A stretch of DNA of 64,000 nt from Curvularia clavata (taxonomy: Eukaryota), in assembly GCA_023920165.1 (NCBI GenBank), contig CP089279.1, positions 1,116,001 to 1,180,000 of the forward strand. Direction: 5' to 3'. Every line of letters starts with the position of its first letter. The first letter of the stretch is position 1. Below the pieces are notes generated by a model, which was not told the origin of the DNA, did not search any database, and was given only the letters and a program-made list of their open reading frames with translations. Below are positions 1 through 12,124 of this stretch, piece by piece. The position numbers and the translations under genes were made by a program.

Positions 1-155
1 ATACAAGATACGTCTAAATTCGTAGACTATATCCACAACCTACAACCTACATCCAAGCATCCCAACACCCTACCCAACTTTCATACTCTGCATCCAAAAC
101 ATTCATATAATCGTGCCACCTCTGCCCTTCCCAAAACCCCTCCACTTCCCGTCCT

Positions 156-180
156 CAGTCCAGTCCAGTCCAGTCCAATC
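156..180. repeat. (CAGTC)4 pentanucleotide microsatellite plus one degenerate unit
   Basis: cagtc cagtc cagtc cagtc caatc read directly; lies in the presumed long 3' UTR of the minus-strand gene at 1603-2961. Confidence 0.8.
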
Positions 181-1602
181 CACTCCACTCCTTCGGCCCC
201 CCCAAAACCGCGTTCGTCACCGCACACGCGGTTTTACACGTACGTGCTCCATATGCCACCGGCTCCATAATAATTTTTCCGTCCGTCTTTTGTCTAGGAC
301 TCACCGAGCCCGTCCCCATGCCGTCCGCAACAAGCATGTTTTTTTTTATTTCACCGCAGAATTGCTCTGATGTAGGGTCGCGTGCGTGGTTAATTAATTC
401 AATATCCCGTGGTCCCGGTGGGCGGAGTTTGTCGTGTATATAAGGCTGTTGCCAAGACGACTTTTATATGGATATATGTGTTTATTTGAAAGAGTGGGGT
501 GGGGTGGGAAAACACAGAGAGAAAAGATGCCCCATTTTTGCCGGTTAGCCTTTTGCCGGTTTGAGCTATTATGGCAAAAAAACAAACTGCGGGACGTTGA
601 GATTGAAAAATGCTGATAAGAACGATAAACAAATGTTGCGATAGATGACCAGGCGTCATGACATCACCAAGTAGTAGCCTGCCTGTGTGAAATTGAAATA
701 CCAATATTTTTTTGAACGATGAACAAGATATTCCAATTTACGTTGTAGTACTAGTAGTTTTGAAACTTTCAAAGACAATCCGACGTCACCAAATGTAAGC
801 GTCTAAATGCCTCTTCTAGTAGGAACCTTCTTGTCCCGCGCGAAAATTTGACCCTTTGAAATCACACTTTCTCCTTCTCTCTCACTCTTTCTGGCCCCCT
901 CCGACTAGATTAACCGTCCGACCCGACTTTTCCCCCCTTTGCCGAAAAAAGGTATCACTTTCCAAACCATGACCGTAGTAGGAGATGACCAAAACCAAGG
1001 AAAATAAAAAAGGCGGGGTAATAGAAAGAAGTCCCGCCGGCCGACTCTCTCTCCGAAGATGGAAGGAGGGGGCTAGAAGAAAAAAAAGGTCGAGGAGAGG
1101 AAGACAACCGAGTCCTGAGACATTGCATGTTTCAAGATCCGTCACCGCCCCCCTCTCCCGGCCCAACGTGAAAGATTGTTGTTTGTCCGTCTCTTATCCT
1201 CTCATTCAAGCTCATGTGAAGCATAACCCAGGGAAAATGAGACCAGAAAACCGGTTGACCTAAGATTGGTACAAGGAAATCGGACATGGGAAAGTAAAAT
1301 AAAGGTTGCGTGTGTCTGGGGGGTATAACCCTGGCGTGCCCAAAAATAAGACTGCTGGTGCTGTCACGAATAACGTATGAAACTGCTGGCGCACAAATCC
1401 CAATAAATAATGCCGAGTCGAAGGGGGTAAATGAACAACACCTGGCAGGCGTGTGTTGAAATGGAACCAAGTAAAACGAAGCGAGGGTGGTGCACTACGG
1501 ACATGATGAACACCAATATGCGCCATGATGGAGATAAGGAAAGATTACAGTAAACAGCAAGTAAAAAGAAGAAAACATTGGCGAATGTGGCAGAAACAAA
1601 CA

Positions 1603-2961
1603 TTATGAGTGAAACAGATCCCAAGCTCTTGCACATAGGCCAATGAATTCTTCCTTCTTCCTTAGCTGGGTTTCTGGCGAGTCCCGGCCAGCGCCAAAGG
1701 GACCAAGACGAGGCTGTTGGCGGCCCAGCGGAGGAGTGCCATTGTCTTGCTCGTACTCATCGCGGCCACGTCGCCGCGAGCTAGAGCTGCGCTGCGATTC
1801 TGGACGGACATGGTGTGCTGACGAGGCGTTCTTATTGGGCATTGGCGATGGGGGTGTTGGTGGTTGGTGGCCACCGTAGTGGACCAATCGGGGCAAGAGA
1901 TCCTCACGGCCACCCGCCATTTGCTGAACCGCCTCCTCGGCCGACTTGTACTCACGAGGCCTTGATGTTGGGGGAGGCTGGGTAAACTGTGGTGGTGGGA
2001 AGCCGGGAGATGGCATTGGGGGCTGCGCGTTGGAGTGCGATGAGTGACCAGGGCTGCCGTTGTGGTAGGCATTTCTTGATGTACCAAGAGGTTCCGGGAA
2101 GACGTCCGAGATGGGTGGTAACCGGTTGCTGGTCTGCTGGGCTGGGACATGGTGGATGTGCGAAGACTGGGACAGGTTTGACGGAGCATTGGCACCGTGC
2201 CTTGATGATGGAGCGTTGCTGCGTAGTCCGGTAAAAGTCTGGTTGAGGGGCGCAGACTGGATCACACGGTCGTTGGCAAACGACTGGTGCGAAGGAGGAG
2301 CAATGGACAGGGCTGGAGGAGGTCCCTTGCGACGAGATGTCTGAGGGGTCTTGATTGTGCGTCCAAAAGCGCCGATTTCAGTTCCTGGACGGGGCTCGTC
2401 TGCGTCGGCTGGTCCACCCTTGCCCTGCTTCTGGCGTGCCTCAATAATCTGCCTCTGGCGCTCTCTTACGTCCAAGCTTCGCTGGAGCTGCTCACGCATG
2501 GTGGGATCTTGGGTGTGGAAGCCAGGCGACAGGCAGGCCAGGCCGACATCGTGGAGGTTTGCTGAGCCCTGGCCTGAGGGGCGTGCTGTGAGGGCGCCCG
2601 AAGAGTGGACAATGTTGTGGTTGGAGAGGTTGAGGCGCTGGGGTCGGTGCCTTGTGGTGGTTGTGGGCATGTCTGGCGACGAGGGCTCCTTCTTGACGAC
2701 TATCTTGGGAGGTTGGGGGCCGCGGGATCTGCGCGAGGAAGGGCGGTTAGAAGACATGAGTGACATGATGTCTCTGTGAGGAGGGGACATGGAGGTGGAG
2801 GTGGGAGAGGAAGCCGAGGGAGGGCGGCATGATGGAGAGGCAGAAGAAGAGGAGGAAGAAGTTGAGGATCTGGAGGAAAGACTAAACGACGTACGAAAGA
2901 GGGGAGCGCTTTGCCTCTGCTCTGTGCTGAGCACCTGGACTGGAGGAGGTAGGTGAAGCAT
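1603..2961 (-). CDS. Conserved fungal hypothetical protein, Ser/Pro-rich and disordered, with two MAPK-docking-like motifs and a C-terminal helix KKEEFIGLCARAWDLFHS
   Basis: Intronless 452-aa ORF with coding-like codon usage, a pyrimidine-rich leader upstream and a long U-rich region downstream. Confidence 0.85.
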   Translation of the reverse strand: MLHLPPPVQVLSTEQRQSAPLFRTSFSLSSRSSTSSSSSSASPSCRPPSASSPTSTSMSPPHRDIMSLMSSNRPSSRRSRGPQPPKIVVKKEPSSPDMPTTTTRHRPQRLNLSNHNIVHSSGALTARPSGQGSANLHDVGLACLSPGFHTQDPTMREQLQRSLDVRERQRQIIEARQKQGKGGPADADEPRPGTEIGAFGRTIKTPQTSRRKGPPPALSIAPPSHQSFANDRVIQSAPLNQTFTGLRSNAPSSRHGANAPSNLSQSSHIHHVPAQQTSNRLPPISDVFPEPLGTSRNAYHNGSPGHSSHSNAQPPMPSPGFPPPQFTQPPPTSRPREYKSAEEAVQQMAGGREDLLPRLVHYGGHQPPTPPSPMPNKNASSAHHVRPESQRSSSSRRRGRDEYEQDNGTPPLGRQQPRLGPFGAGRDSPETQLRKKEEFIGLCARAWDLFHS

Positions 2962-5900
2962 TGTTGTCCTGAGGTGGCAGTTTGGATGAGCGAGAGGTAG
3001 GCGTCAGCTGGTGGGGAGAAGAAGTCGAGGTCGAGGGCGCAATGGGAGCATATGTCCTCTGCGAGGGCGCTGGGTCGACTGGGGCGGGTGCGGCATGCTG
3101 GGCAGGGGCCGGGGGATTGGCGACAACGGTGGTCATGGTCGCGTGTGGGCGCCGGTGTGAGAAAGCAATGGGGAGGGGCTGAAAGATTGTAGGAGGTGAG
3201 TATGGCAGGGTCTTGTAGGAAGTCCGCTACACCAAGTGTCGAAGGATGTGCGCAGCCGGGGCAGGTTAGAGGCTGGTGCAGCACGGGCGCCGGGGGTGGT
3301 GGCAGCAGTAGCAGACTACCGGAGCGGGGCAGGTCGGGAGGAGACGAGTGGCCGACGCGCAAAGTTGCAAAGCGAGCGGGAGTTTGAGCAGAAGAGAAGG
3401 TCTGCCTTAGCAGCTCGCTACCGGCGGCGAGAGGGCGCAGTTAAGATGGTGTGGTGGTGCTGGCGGAGGCAGAGGGAGGGGATCAGGTAAGGATAAAAAT
3501 GGCGGGCACGGATAGCGTGCTAGCAGCGTCTATGTAGGCGATGAGACAGGATAATGGTGGATGGCAGCAGTGGCAGGCCTGTCGTGACCAGGGCCCAGCA
3601 GCGAATTCGAATGCGGCGAGCGATAGACAGGCCGGGGAGGGCGAGGGCGAGGGCCGTGTCGGTGGGTAGCGGTGGGTAGCGCGGGCTGGGGTGGGGAGAG
3701 CGAGTGCAGCGAGTGCGTGTGCCCGACTTGGGGCGAGCAGATGTGGCGTCCAACCACTGTTTCGCATACACGGCCTGCAAAAAGCTGCAAAAAAGCCTTC
3801 GCAGTGCTGCCGCCGTTCTCCTTCCCGTGAGGTGTGTTATCGCTATCGATATTGTCTATTGTTTGTGCATGCTGTGCAGTGCTGCCTTGTTTGTTTGTAA
3901 TCACAGTCGCTGCTTCCCTTGCGCCCCCCATGGCTCTTTCTTCAGCAAGCTGACAGCGTGCAACGGCGCATGGCTCCATTGCCAATACTTGGCTGGCCGC
4001 CGGGGCCTGGCGAGCCTTGCCTGTGTTTCACGCCGGCGCATCAGCGGTTTGACGCTGCCCAAAGCGGCCGGGCTAATTGGCCAGGCTTGTCGTTCATGGG
4101 GCGCGCGTTTCAGCTAATCGTCGCTCTTCTTTATTTGTCTTGTGCCCACCCCGTCCAATCCGCTCGTATTCATGGCGCCCCCCCTGGCCTGCTCCCCAGG
4201 GTCCGCTAGCCCTTTCACACGTGGCTGACATTGCCAGCAACTGTCGCTGTGTGTGTGCCTGCCTGCGTTTGTGTCTGTGTGCCTTTGTATATCATGCTCT
4301 GCCCATGCTCAGCACGCCATGCCAGGCCATGCCATGCTATTCCCTGCTATGCCATGGCAGAAGGCTGACCTCGCCGCTGCTTCAGGCACACCCTCGTGAC
4401 TCATCTCTTGCACCCGGAGCCTCGAGTACTTAGCCCGTCACGGGACCTGCCAGCGAAACATGGCCTGAAACATCCAACCCTCTTTTTTTCTGCCACGACG
4501 GCTCCTACAGACCGCCCCGTCCAGTGCTTCCCAGCCAACCACGTCTGCAATTCGGCATTCCTCCGAACCACTTGTCGTCTCCGCCCATAACCACCAAGAC
4601 ACGCATCTTTTTACCTCCTCCGTACCTAATACTACGTACCATGTACACGCGCGCACATTGCCTGTTCTCCGGGGTTCGGCCCTTTCAACACGCCATGTCC
4701 ATATCTCCCCACGCATGCTTTGTCGAGCCCGTGCTCCCTTGACGGTGATAATTTTTTCTCGCCGACCACGCTTCCTGACATTACTGACATTCATGCTCGC
4801 CTGTGCGGCCTGCCATGTTTGTCGTTCGAAGCTTAAATCCCCCCCTGGCCATGTCGTTGGCGACTTCCCTTTCCAGCACGTGCATAACAACCACTCATCT
4901 CACCACTCTCTCCCATCCTCGCTCTTCACACGCGCCTGTATGACTATCCCTCGCCCTCTACTTTCGCTTCTGCCCGTCTGCTGCACCATTGGACACCACC
5001 TACTCCGTCGGGTCAGCACATTGGCAGCTCGCCATTCCATCGCTGCCTCGGACTGGAACCAGTGGGTCTGGCTACTCTGCCGCGTCCAACCCAGAACCTG
5101 GGATAAGATAAGGCTGTGCCACGCCTAGCATCTAATACAGCAAAAGATCGACATGGCTTCTCTTTCGGGAAATCGACTTAATTACTGCCAATGGCGCACT
5201 CTAGCTCGCGTACCAATACCTCAGGTCTGGGAACCATCGCCAACTTGCTCGTAGTCTCATCTTGATGCCCTTGGCCCCCCCGTCCAAACGCTCATCCCGT
5301 CCCGGATCTCGGTCCGGCATCGTTAGGCCCTCAACATGAAGCATCCGAAATGCCATTGATTTTCCTCGCATGTGCCAAACATGCAACGTGCAAACATCGC
5401 CTACGGATCAACTTCTACAGCTCGCCTGTACCACCTTCTACACTCGGCACTCGCTCCGCCTGCGCCTGCCGTCCCATGTTTTCCTCGTCTCTCCAAGGGT
5501 CTTCGCTGCCGTTGCACCAATACTCTATCCTCATCTGCATTCACACGCCCGTCATCTGCCAGCCCCACTGTTCCGAGGAAGAGAACATATTAGAGCAGCA
5601 AATCGCTAAACTTTGCGCCAGCAGCTGTAAACTCTACACACGCGTCTTCACTGATCGCCGTTAGCTTCACGGTCAGCACCCGCAAAAGCCCTCTCGGCCG
5701 TAATTATGTGCCAGCCATCTCCTGGGGCTTCCGGCGCATTCTTTCTCTTTTCTTCCGTTATTTGGGGACCGTTTTCAATAGCACCGTTGCACAACCAAAC
5801 TGCACCTGTCGTGCTACCGAGACCCTGAGCTGGCTATGTCCCAATGGTCAGAGCGCTAGCCCTTGGTACACTGCAGATCTCCTGCACCACCCGCGGCCAT

Positions 5901-6939
5901 GGTGCCGAGTCCAAGCGGGGAAGACGAGCAACGATTCAGGAAGAATGTCGAGACATCAGCTTCAGTATATCAAATACTGCCCATGTCTTCATGTACTATG
6001 TACAAGCCGTCACGTCATGATGCCCCTTTTTCACATTCACAACACACGTCCATCCAAAAACATCTATCCCTTTTCATCCATGCTAATCCAAGGTTCCGAG
6101 TCTATACTTAGCGTCACGGCATCTTGCTTGCACAAGCTTCGTGATTTTCGTCTACCGCACTCTGTTCTGACTAGCTTTCCGCGTTGTGCCGGAAACTGTA
6201 TCGAGGTAAGACGGCTACACCGATTGCCGATCACGAGAAAGGCAAAAGTGCAAACATATTTTTCCTGCTATGATCCAGGAACATGTAATGACAAACAAGC
6301 CCAAGTATCATCCGTCAAACAACTATGCACCTGGGCTATATGACTCGGCAACAACCCGGGCATTCAGGGGTTCTTTTGTCATGGTGACTGACCCCTTGCA
6401 CTCCAATAAAAATAACTTTACTCCTTTCCCTGAAATGGTCATGTTCAATGCGCTGCCTTCTGGAAGGGAGGATAGATGTGCGATCCAGCACAAAGCAAAA
6501 CTTTGAGACAATTTTGCTACTGCACTCGACGTCACAGCACACCTGAAAACCCAGACTGAGATAAAGTATATGGTAAACTTAGCAACACAATCTTGAACTT
6601 AGATACACCTTGTGATACTCTCATTTTCTCCTTGGCTGCTTACGACATCCTAACTCGGCTCCAGCGAACGAAGAAAGACGAGCCATGACAAAAATATACT
6701 GATGCTTGACAAATTGGACCGAGTGTGGAAGAGAAAAGCCGTCATTACATGTGCTATCATGAAAAATATGAAAAGAATAACAAGCGAAAAAAAAACGCCT
6801 GGGAAACATGTACCTCTGCTCCTCCTTTTTGGGCCATCCTTCCCTACGCGACAATATCAATGTCGATGCGAAACTGACAGAAAGAGAAGGAACCAAGAAA
6901 TACTCAATCACCCCGCCTCAACATTACCCCCCTCACATC

Positions 6940-7955
6940 CTACGCCTTCAGAGTACCGTAGTCATTGCCCATCTCGTTCAGACTGAACTTGCCAAACTCT
7001 TTTTCCAGGCCCGAAACCTTGGTCCTGACTTCACCACCGACGTCTTTCTTGTCCTTGGCACCCTGTGTCTTCTTGACCTCATCAACTGGAGACTCAACAA
7101 CTGTGTCTTCCGAGTCATCTGCCTCATCCTCTGGCGCAGCCGCTGATGCTGCCGATGACGCAACAGAAGCAGGCGCTTCATCGCGATCAGCAAGTTCGGG
7201 ATCAATCTCCTTCTCGGCCTGCTCATCCAGCTTGCTCGTCTCACCCTCGACATCGATGAGATCCTCAGCCTCGGCAGGCTCTTCGCGCGCATCAGGCACA
7301 ATCTCCTCGTCCAGGCGCCAGTCCTGGATGGCGCGGATAATGTCAACCGCCAGCTGTCCGTTCTTGCGCAGAGCCTTGTCCCAGTGTGGTGGAATGCCTG
7401 TTTGAGAAACAACCATCATGCGCGCAACGGCATGCACAAGCATGTGTCGCATAGGGCTACCTTCCTCAGTATTGGCGTAGATGTACTGCACGCGCCGTAG
7501 ACCAGGATAAGTATCGCTGTACTTGTACCACTCGCGCACTACCTGCAGCACGTCTGCGATGAGCGCAGGAATCTCAAACTTCTCAGCCATCAGATACAGG
7601 TCGAAAGCCGTTCCTAGATCAGCCTCTTCGCGCGGCACGGGCAGGCTGGACGAGTAAAGCCATCCCACAAACGTCTTGAACGGCAGGTCTTCTTCCTCAG
7701 GTAGGCCAAACGACTGCGTGCGTGACGACGTCGACGACTTGGAATAGAAGATCTTGCGGAAGAAGGGCGAGTGGTGGCAGAGGAGCTTCTCGTGGAGGAT
7801 CCAGTGCGTGTTCTCGGGGCCGACGTAAATGTCTACCATGGAGCGGGAGAGAAGCCTATGAGAGATTGGTTAGAAGCTGCACTTTGCGCAACTCTTGCGA
7901 CTATGGCAGCGACAACAACGTACTCATTGAGCGGCTTATCCTGAACACCAGACAT
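6940..7955 (-). CDS. BTB/POZ domain protein with acidic C-terminal tail (2 exons)
   Basis: VDIYVG...WILHEKLLCHHSPFF...LPEEEDLPFKTFVGWLYS...LYLMAEKF is a fungal BTB signature. Short first exon MSGVQDKPLNE from ATG 7955, then an intron (GTACGT...CTAAC...TAG, about 7856-7923) joins in frame. Confidence 0.85.
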
Positions 7956-8949
7956 GATTGCGATCGTCCGTTGTCGTTGTCGTTCCTTGGTTCTTCGCTA
8001 TGTCTAGTCGGCAATACTGTAGCTGAGGTTTAAATAAGCGACCGTTTTGATGACTGGCGACTATCCGGTTTCCCGGCATACGGTACGTACCCGAATATTG
8101 AACCCAAAGACGAGTCTTTGTATGTCCAAACGAAGTTTGCAAAGCAGAAAGACAGGGCTCAATACACGCAAGAAGAAGGGTGGCTGATATGCAGCTTTAA
8201 AAAGGGCACCACACTTTCAAGTCTCACACCAGCCTCCGCGCCCCCTCCCTCTTTTCTGTTCTTGTCTCCCTTAAACCGCACCCCCTTGGCTCATGCAAAG
8301 CACAATGACGTAGCCGTTGACGACGGTGGGTGTGCTATGTTGACGCCACGCCCTGCCTTGGAACACGCATCTACCCTTGCTCTCCCGGTCATACGAGTCC
8401 ATCTTTGGCCTAGCGCCCGGACACTGCATCGCTGGGCGGAGATCAAAAGAATCAATCCTTTGGGCAATGCGCATATGCGAATTCGATTGCAAATGCATAG
8501 TCTTTAGCAATGTACCAGCCTTGCCATTTTCCCTTTTGTTTTCTTTTGTTTTCTCGTCTCGGACGCGGCTGCACGGGGTGGTTGGTGGGCGTGCGTCCGA
8601 GACGTGTATTGGGGGCAGGGAAGAAGCATGGCAGGGATAACTGGTAGCGGGTAAGTGTGACGTCGACGGAAATTCGTGGGATCACAGCATGTCAAGAGAT
8701 GGATGAACCACAGTTCTCCCGTTCCATTACGGATGCATCTAGGCTGTTGTACGATGGCGTCTATAATACAACGTCTATGTTTGAGTAAAAAGCGCCCGCC
8801 CTTCTAGTCGACCGACAGGAATAAAAAAAGGCCGGGTTTCACCATGCAGCGCTTTCTTAGATGGAATTGTATGCTCAGAGCGTGTACTCTGCTTGCCCAC
8901 GAGCACAGCCATATGCTCCAGGACCCTTTCATCAATGTCATACCATGCT

Positions 8950-11364
8950 TCAATTCCCCACCCTGAGAATTTCCGCAGACCTCAATACAGCCCGCGCGCT
9001 CTTCAAGATCCACTCCTTGGCCGCCTCCTCATCCTTTTTGTTCACGCTATCCGTAACAGCCGGGAAGACATCCGCCCCGTAGCCATTATCAATGCCAGGC
9101 GCGCTAATTACATTCTTGAACGTCTCTCGTCCCGGCAGCCCTCCTGAAGATGCAAAGCCCCTCGAGAAATCCCTATACTTTGCATTCACCACGCCCAGGA
9201 TGACTTTGTTTTGGAACGCCACGGCCGTCTGTGCAACCTGTGCAATATGCTCGGCTTGGTGCTCAAACTCTGCAATCGCGTCTTCGAGTGGGGAGAGATC
9301 CAGGCTGGATAGTTCAGAGTCTGCAATCGTTTCGTTGAGCTCAGAGAGGTAGGATTGAAGCACAGTTGCTGCGTTGGGTAGATCCCAAGGAATGAGTTCG
9401 TCGTCAGCTATGTGGTAGGCGACCAGGGTCATCCACTGCCCAATAGCCTTGTGCAACTTGAAGCCTGGATCGCCGAACCGCGACATCCACGCGTACGAGT
9501 CGTAGTTGGAGTGGTAGTGGTAGACGGGATCGGTTTTGCCGCCGTCGGAACCAATGTCGATCTGGATATGCGTTAATAAAAGAGTAGGAAAGACACGCCA
9601 ACTGAACATACACAAGCGATGCCGTTCTGGTAGAAACTGGCATAGTCGGATCCACTGCCCAGAGGTGAAATCTCTCCCTCGGTCGTGTTATGCCACATGT
9701 CGTAAAGTGTGGGGAAATCGCCCCAGCCTTCAGGGAACAAGACCTTCTTCATCTGCTCGACGACCATGGTGTGCAGTTCACCACTGCCAGAAAATGAAGT
9801 CCTTGGACCAGATACAGCCACGTCGAGGTTGAGATAGGCAACAACACTCGTCGTAAGCCAGGGCAAATGCGACTCAACCCACTCGGTAGAACCTTGAAGT
9901 CCAAACTCCTCTGCGTCCCAGCTACCAAGAATACTGAAGTTCTGTTAGTCAAGACATATACAGGATCCAAAATTCAACATACATTGTCCTCCTTGGCTTC
10001 CAGCCCTTTGCCAACAGTTTGCCAAATGCATTGGCTAGTTCGATGAGAATAGCACTACCAGAGTTTGGATCTGCAGCACCGCCAATAACCCATGCGTCGC
10101 GGTGGTTTCCTATCACTACCACTTCGTCTGTAGTCCCGTTGATGACACCAATGACGTCCCATACTGGTGCAAGCTTCCCCTCCATGACATGGTCAATGTG
10201 CAACTGGGCACCAGGCGCAGGACCACTGTCGTAGGTAATGTTGCTGAATCCGCCAGTCCAGCCGCTGCGGTTCGCTTCTTTGGCGGACACACCATGGCCT
10301 TGAAGAGCAGTGAGAATGGGAAGTGCATCTTTCATACTAATGGGAATAGAGGGAATAGACGGAGTGTACAAAGAGATATCTCCTCTAGGTGAGTCCCAGG
10401 AAGAAGCCCAACCGACAGTCGTAGGGTCACCAGAGTAGAGGGATGAGAAGCGAACACTGCCTCTTTGGATCGAAGAGGGGTTTCGAGCAGGACCATCTAG
10501 TCATCATCAGTACAAACCTGGAAAATGATTGGTGAGAGAAAAAGGTGCCAGACCTGGATACGCTTTATACCCGTTTTCCACGGTAACTTCTCCATCGTCA
10601 AGCGGGTCAGTGAAGAGTACACACCCAGCCATTCCGTTGTCCTGGGCATTCTTGACCTTGGTACCACGGTAGATGCCACCATAATTTGCCAGGGCAATTT
10701 TTCCCTCGAGCTGAATACCCGCATCCTTGAGGACTTGGAAGTCCGCACGTGTACCGCGCCTACCACGTGATATCAGCCACACCACTCGGCTCAGAAGGTC
10801 TCCTCACTCTCCAAAAAAAAAAGAGAAATTACAGAAAACCAGAACTCACCCCACATAAACAAACTCCCCCTTCACATCCCCACTCGCACTCATCGCATGA
10901 TACGCCGGAATCAACCCCTCATACCCACTCGTCTCATCCTCGACCAGCACATCCTCTACCAACCGTGCCTCATGCACACTCCCGTCCGCCCTCAACAACC
11001 TCAGCTCCGACTTTTGTGGATAAGTATACCAAATCGGATACTCTACAACCTGTACATCGTTGAATCCCGCGGTCTTCCACTTGTCGGCTGTCCATTCGGC
11101 CATGGAGCGGTTGTGGCTCCCTAGATGATCGCCGTGCGTGTAGTAGGATGACCATGAGGAAAGGGAGGTCGAGTCGAAAGAGTTTACGAGGAGGGATTCT
11201 GTTGGAGTAAGGGAAGGGGGGTAAGTGGGTGCAGAGCGTTTGGAGAAGGTGTTGAAGGGGGCGTGCAGGGCGATGCGGCGGTCTAGAGAGGCCCAGTCAC
11301 GTTGGCAGGCGAGGGTTAGGGGGGAGAAGAGGAGGAGATGGAGGAGTGGGGTGGGTGACGGCAT
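8950..11364 (-). CDS. Secreted glutamate carboxypeptidase II-like M28 metallopeptidase (PA domain, M28 domain, transferrin-receptor-like dimerisation domain), 5 exons
   Basis: Signal peptide; PA region (YGGIYRGTKVKNAQ, RNPSSIQRGSV); Zn ligand motifs NHRDAW, AADPNSG, WDAEEFG, YLNLDV, YHYHS; C-terminal GLPGRETFKNVISAPG..NGYG. Four GT-AG introns link the ORF fragments. Confidence 0.92.
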
Positions 11365-12124
11365 TGTGATGAGATTGTAGGAATGATTAGATTACGAGGG
11401 GTGGGTTAGTGATTTAATGGCTCTATGTATACCATTGGGATTGAGAGAGAGAGAGGTGTCGACAAAAAAGAAAAAGTGACAACATGCTTTGAGTAGCTTG
11501 TATCTTTGTACCTTCGAGCTCAACCCACTTTTCCCTAGGTCACTTTCTTGCATGCACGACGAGTACATGTGTAAGCACCATTCGCGCCATAACACCTCAA
11601 AAACACGTTTTTCGGCTTGTACATGCAGCCTAATGTCGCAATTCCTCTTCGCAGCTGCCTGTTTGAGTTCTACGGGCGGGGGCGGGGTAGATAGGTACAG
11701 TATATATGTACCATGTACGGGAGAGCACAAAGGTAGGATTCGGGCTGTTTTAACGCGGTTAAGCATGCCAAGCGGTGGGGGAGAAAAGGATGGAGTCGTT
11801 ACGGTCTTGGCGCATGTCATCTGGTGATAGGCGTTGCGTTGCTTGAGGTGGTGATAAGCATTAGGTGCTTGGCGGAAAACGGTTTCCCCGCTGGGGATTG
11901 GAGGTGGTGGGGTATAGGGAATGAATGCTAAGTTTGGATGTGGTGATATTTTGGGGCTGGTGGAGAAGCAGGATGGTGTTAGATAAGAGGTGATTCTACT
12001 CGAACCAGAGGATCGAGTCAATTAGATTTAGATTAAGTATGGTAAGTATTCACATAAAAAATTATCGTCGAGATGTTATGCTTTCTCCTTCCCTCCAGTA
12101 CTCACACGTCCGTCTCAGCCATGC

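Noticed and set aside
2700..6620. Numerous 60-220 aa ORFs in the track (e.g. 2700-3362, 4658-5128, 5708-6343)
   Set aside because: Low-complexity or random composition, mostly non-ATG starts, no recognisable motifs; expected by chance in GC-balanced UTR and intergenic DNA.
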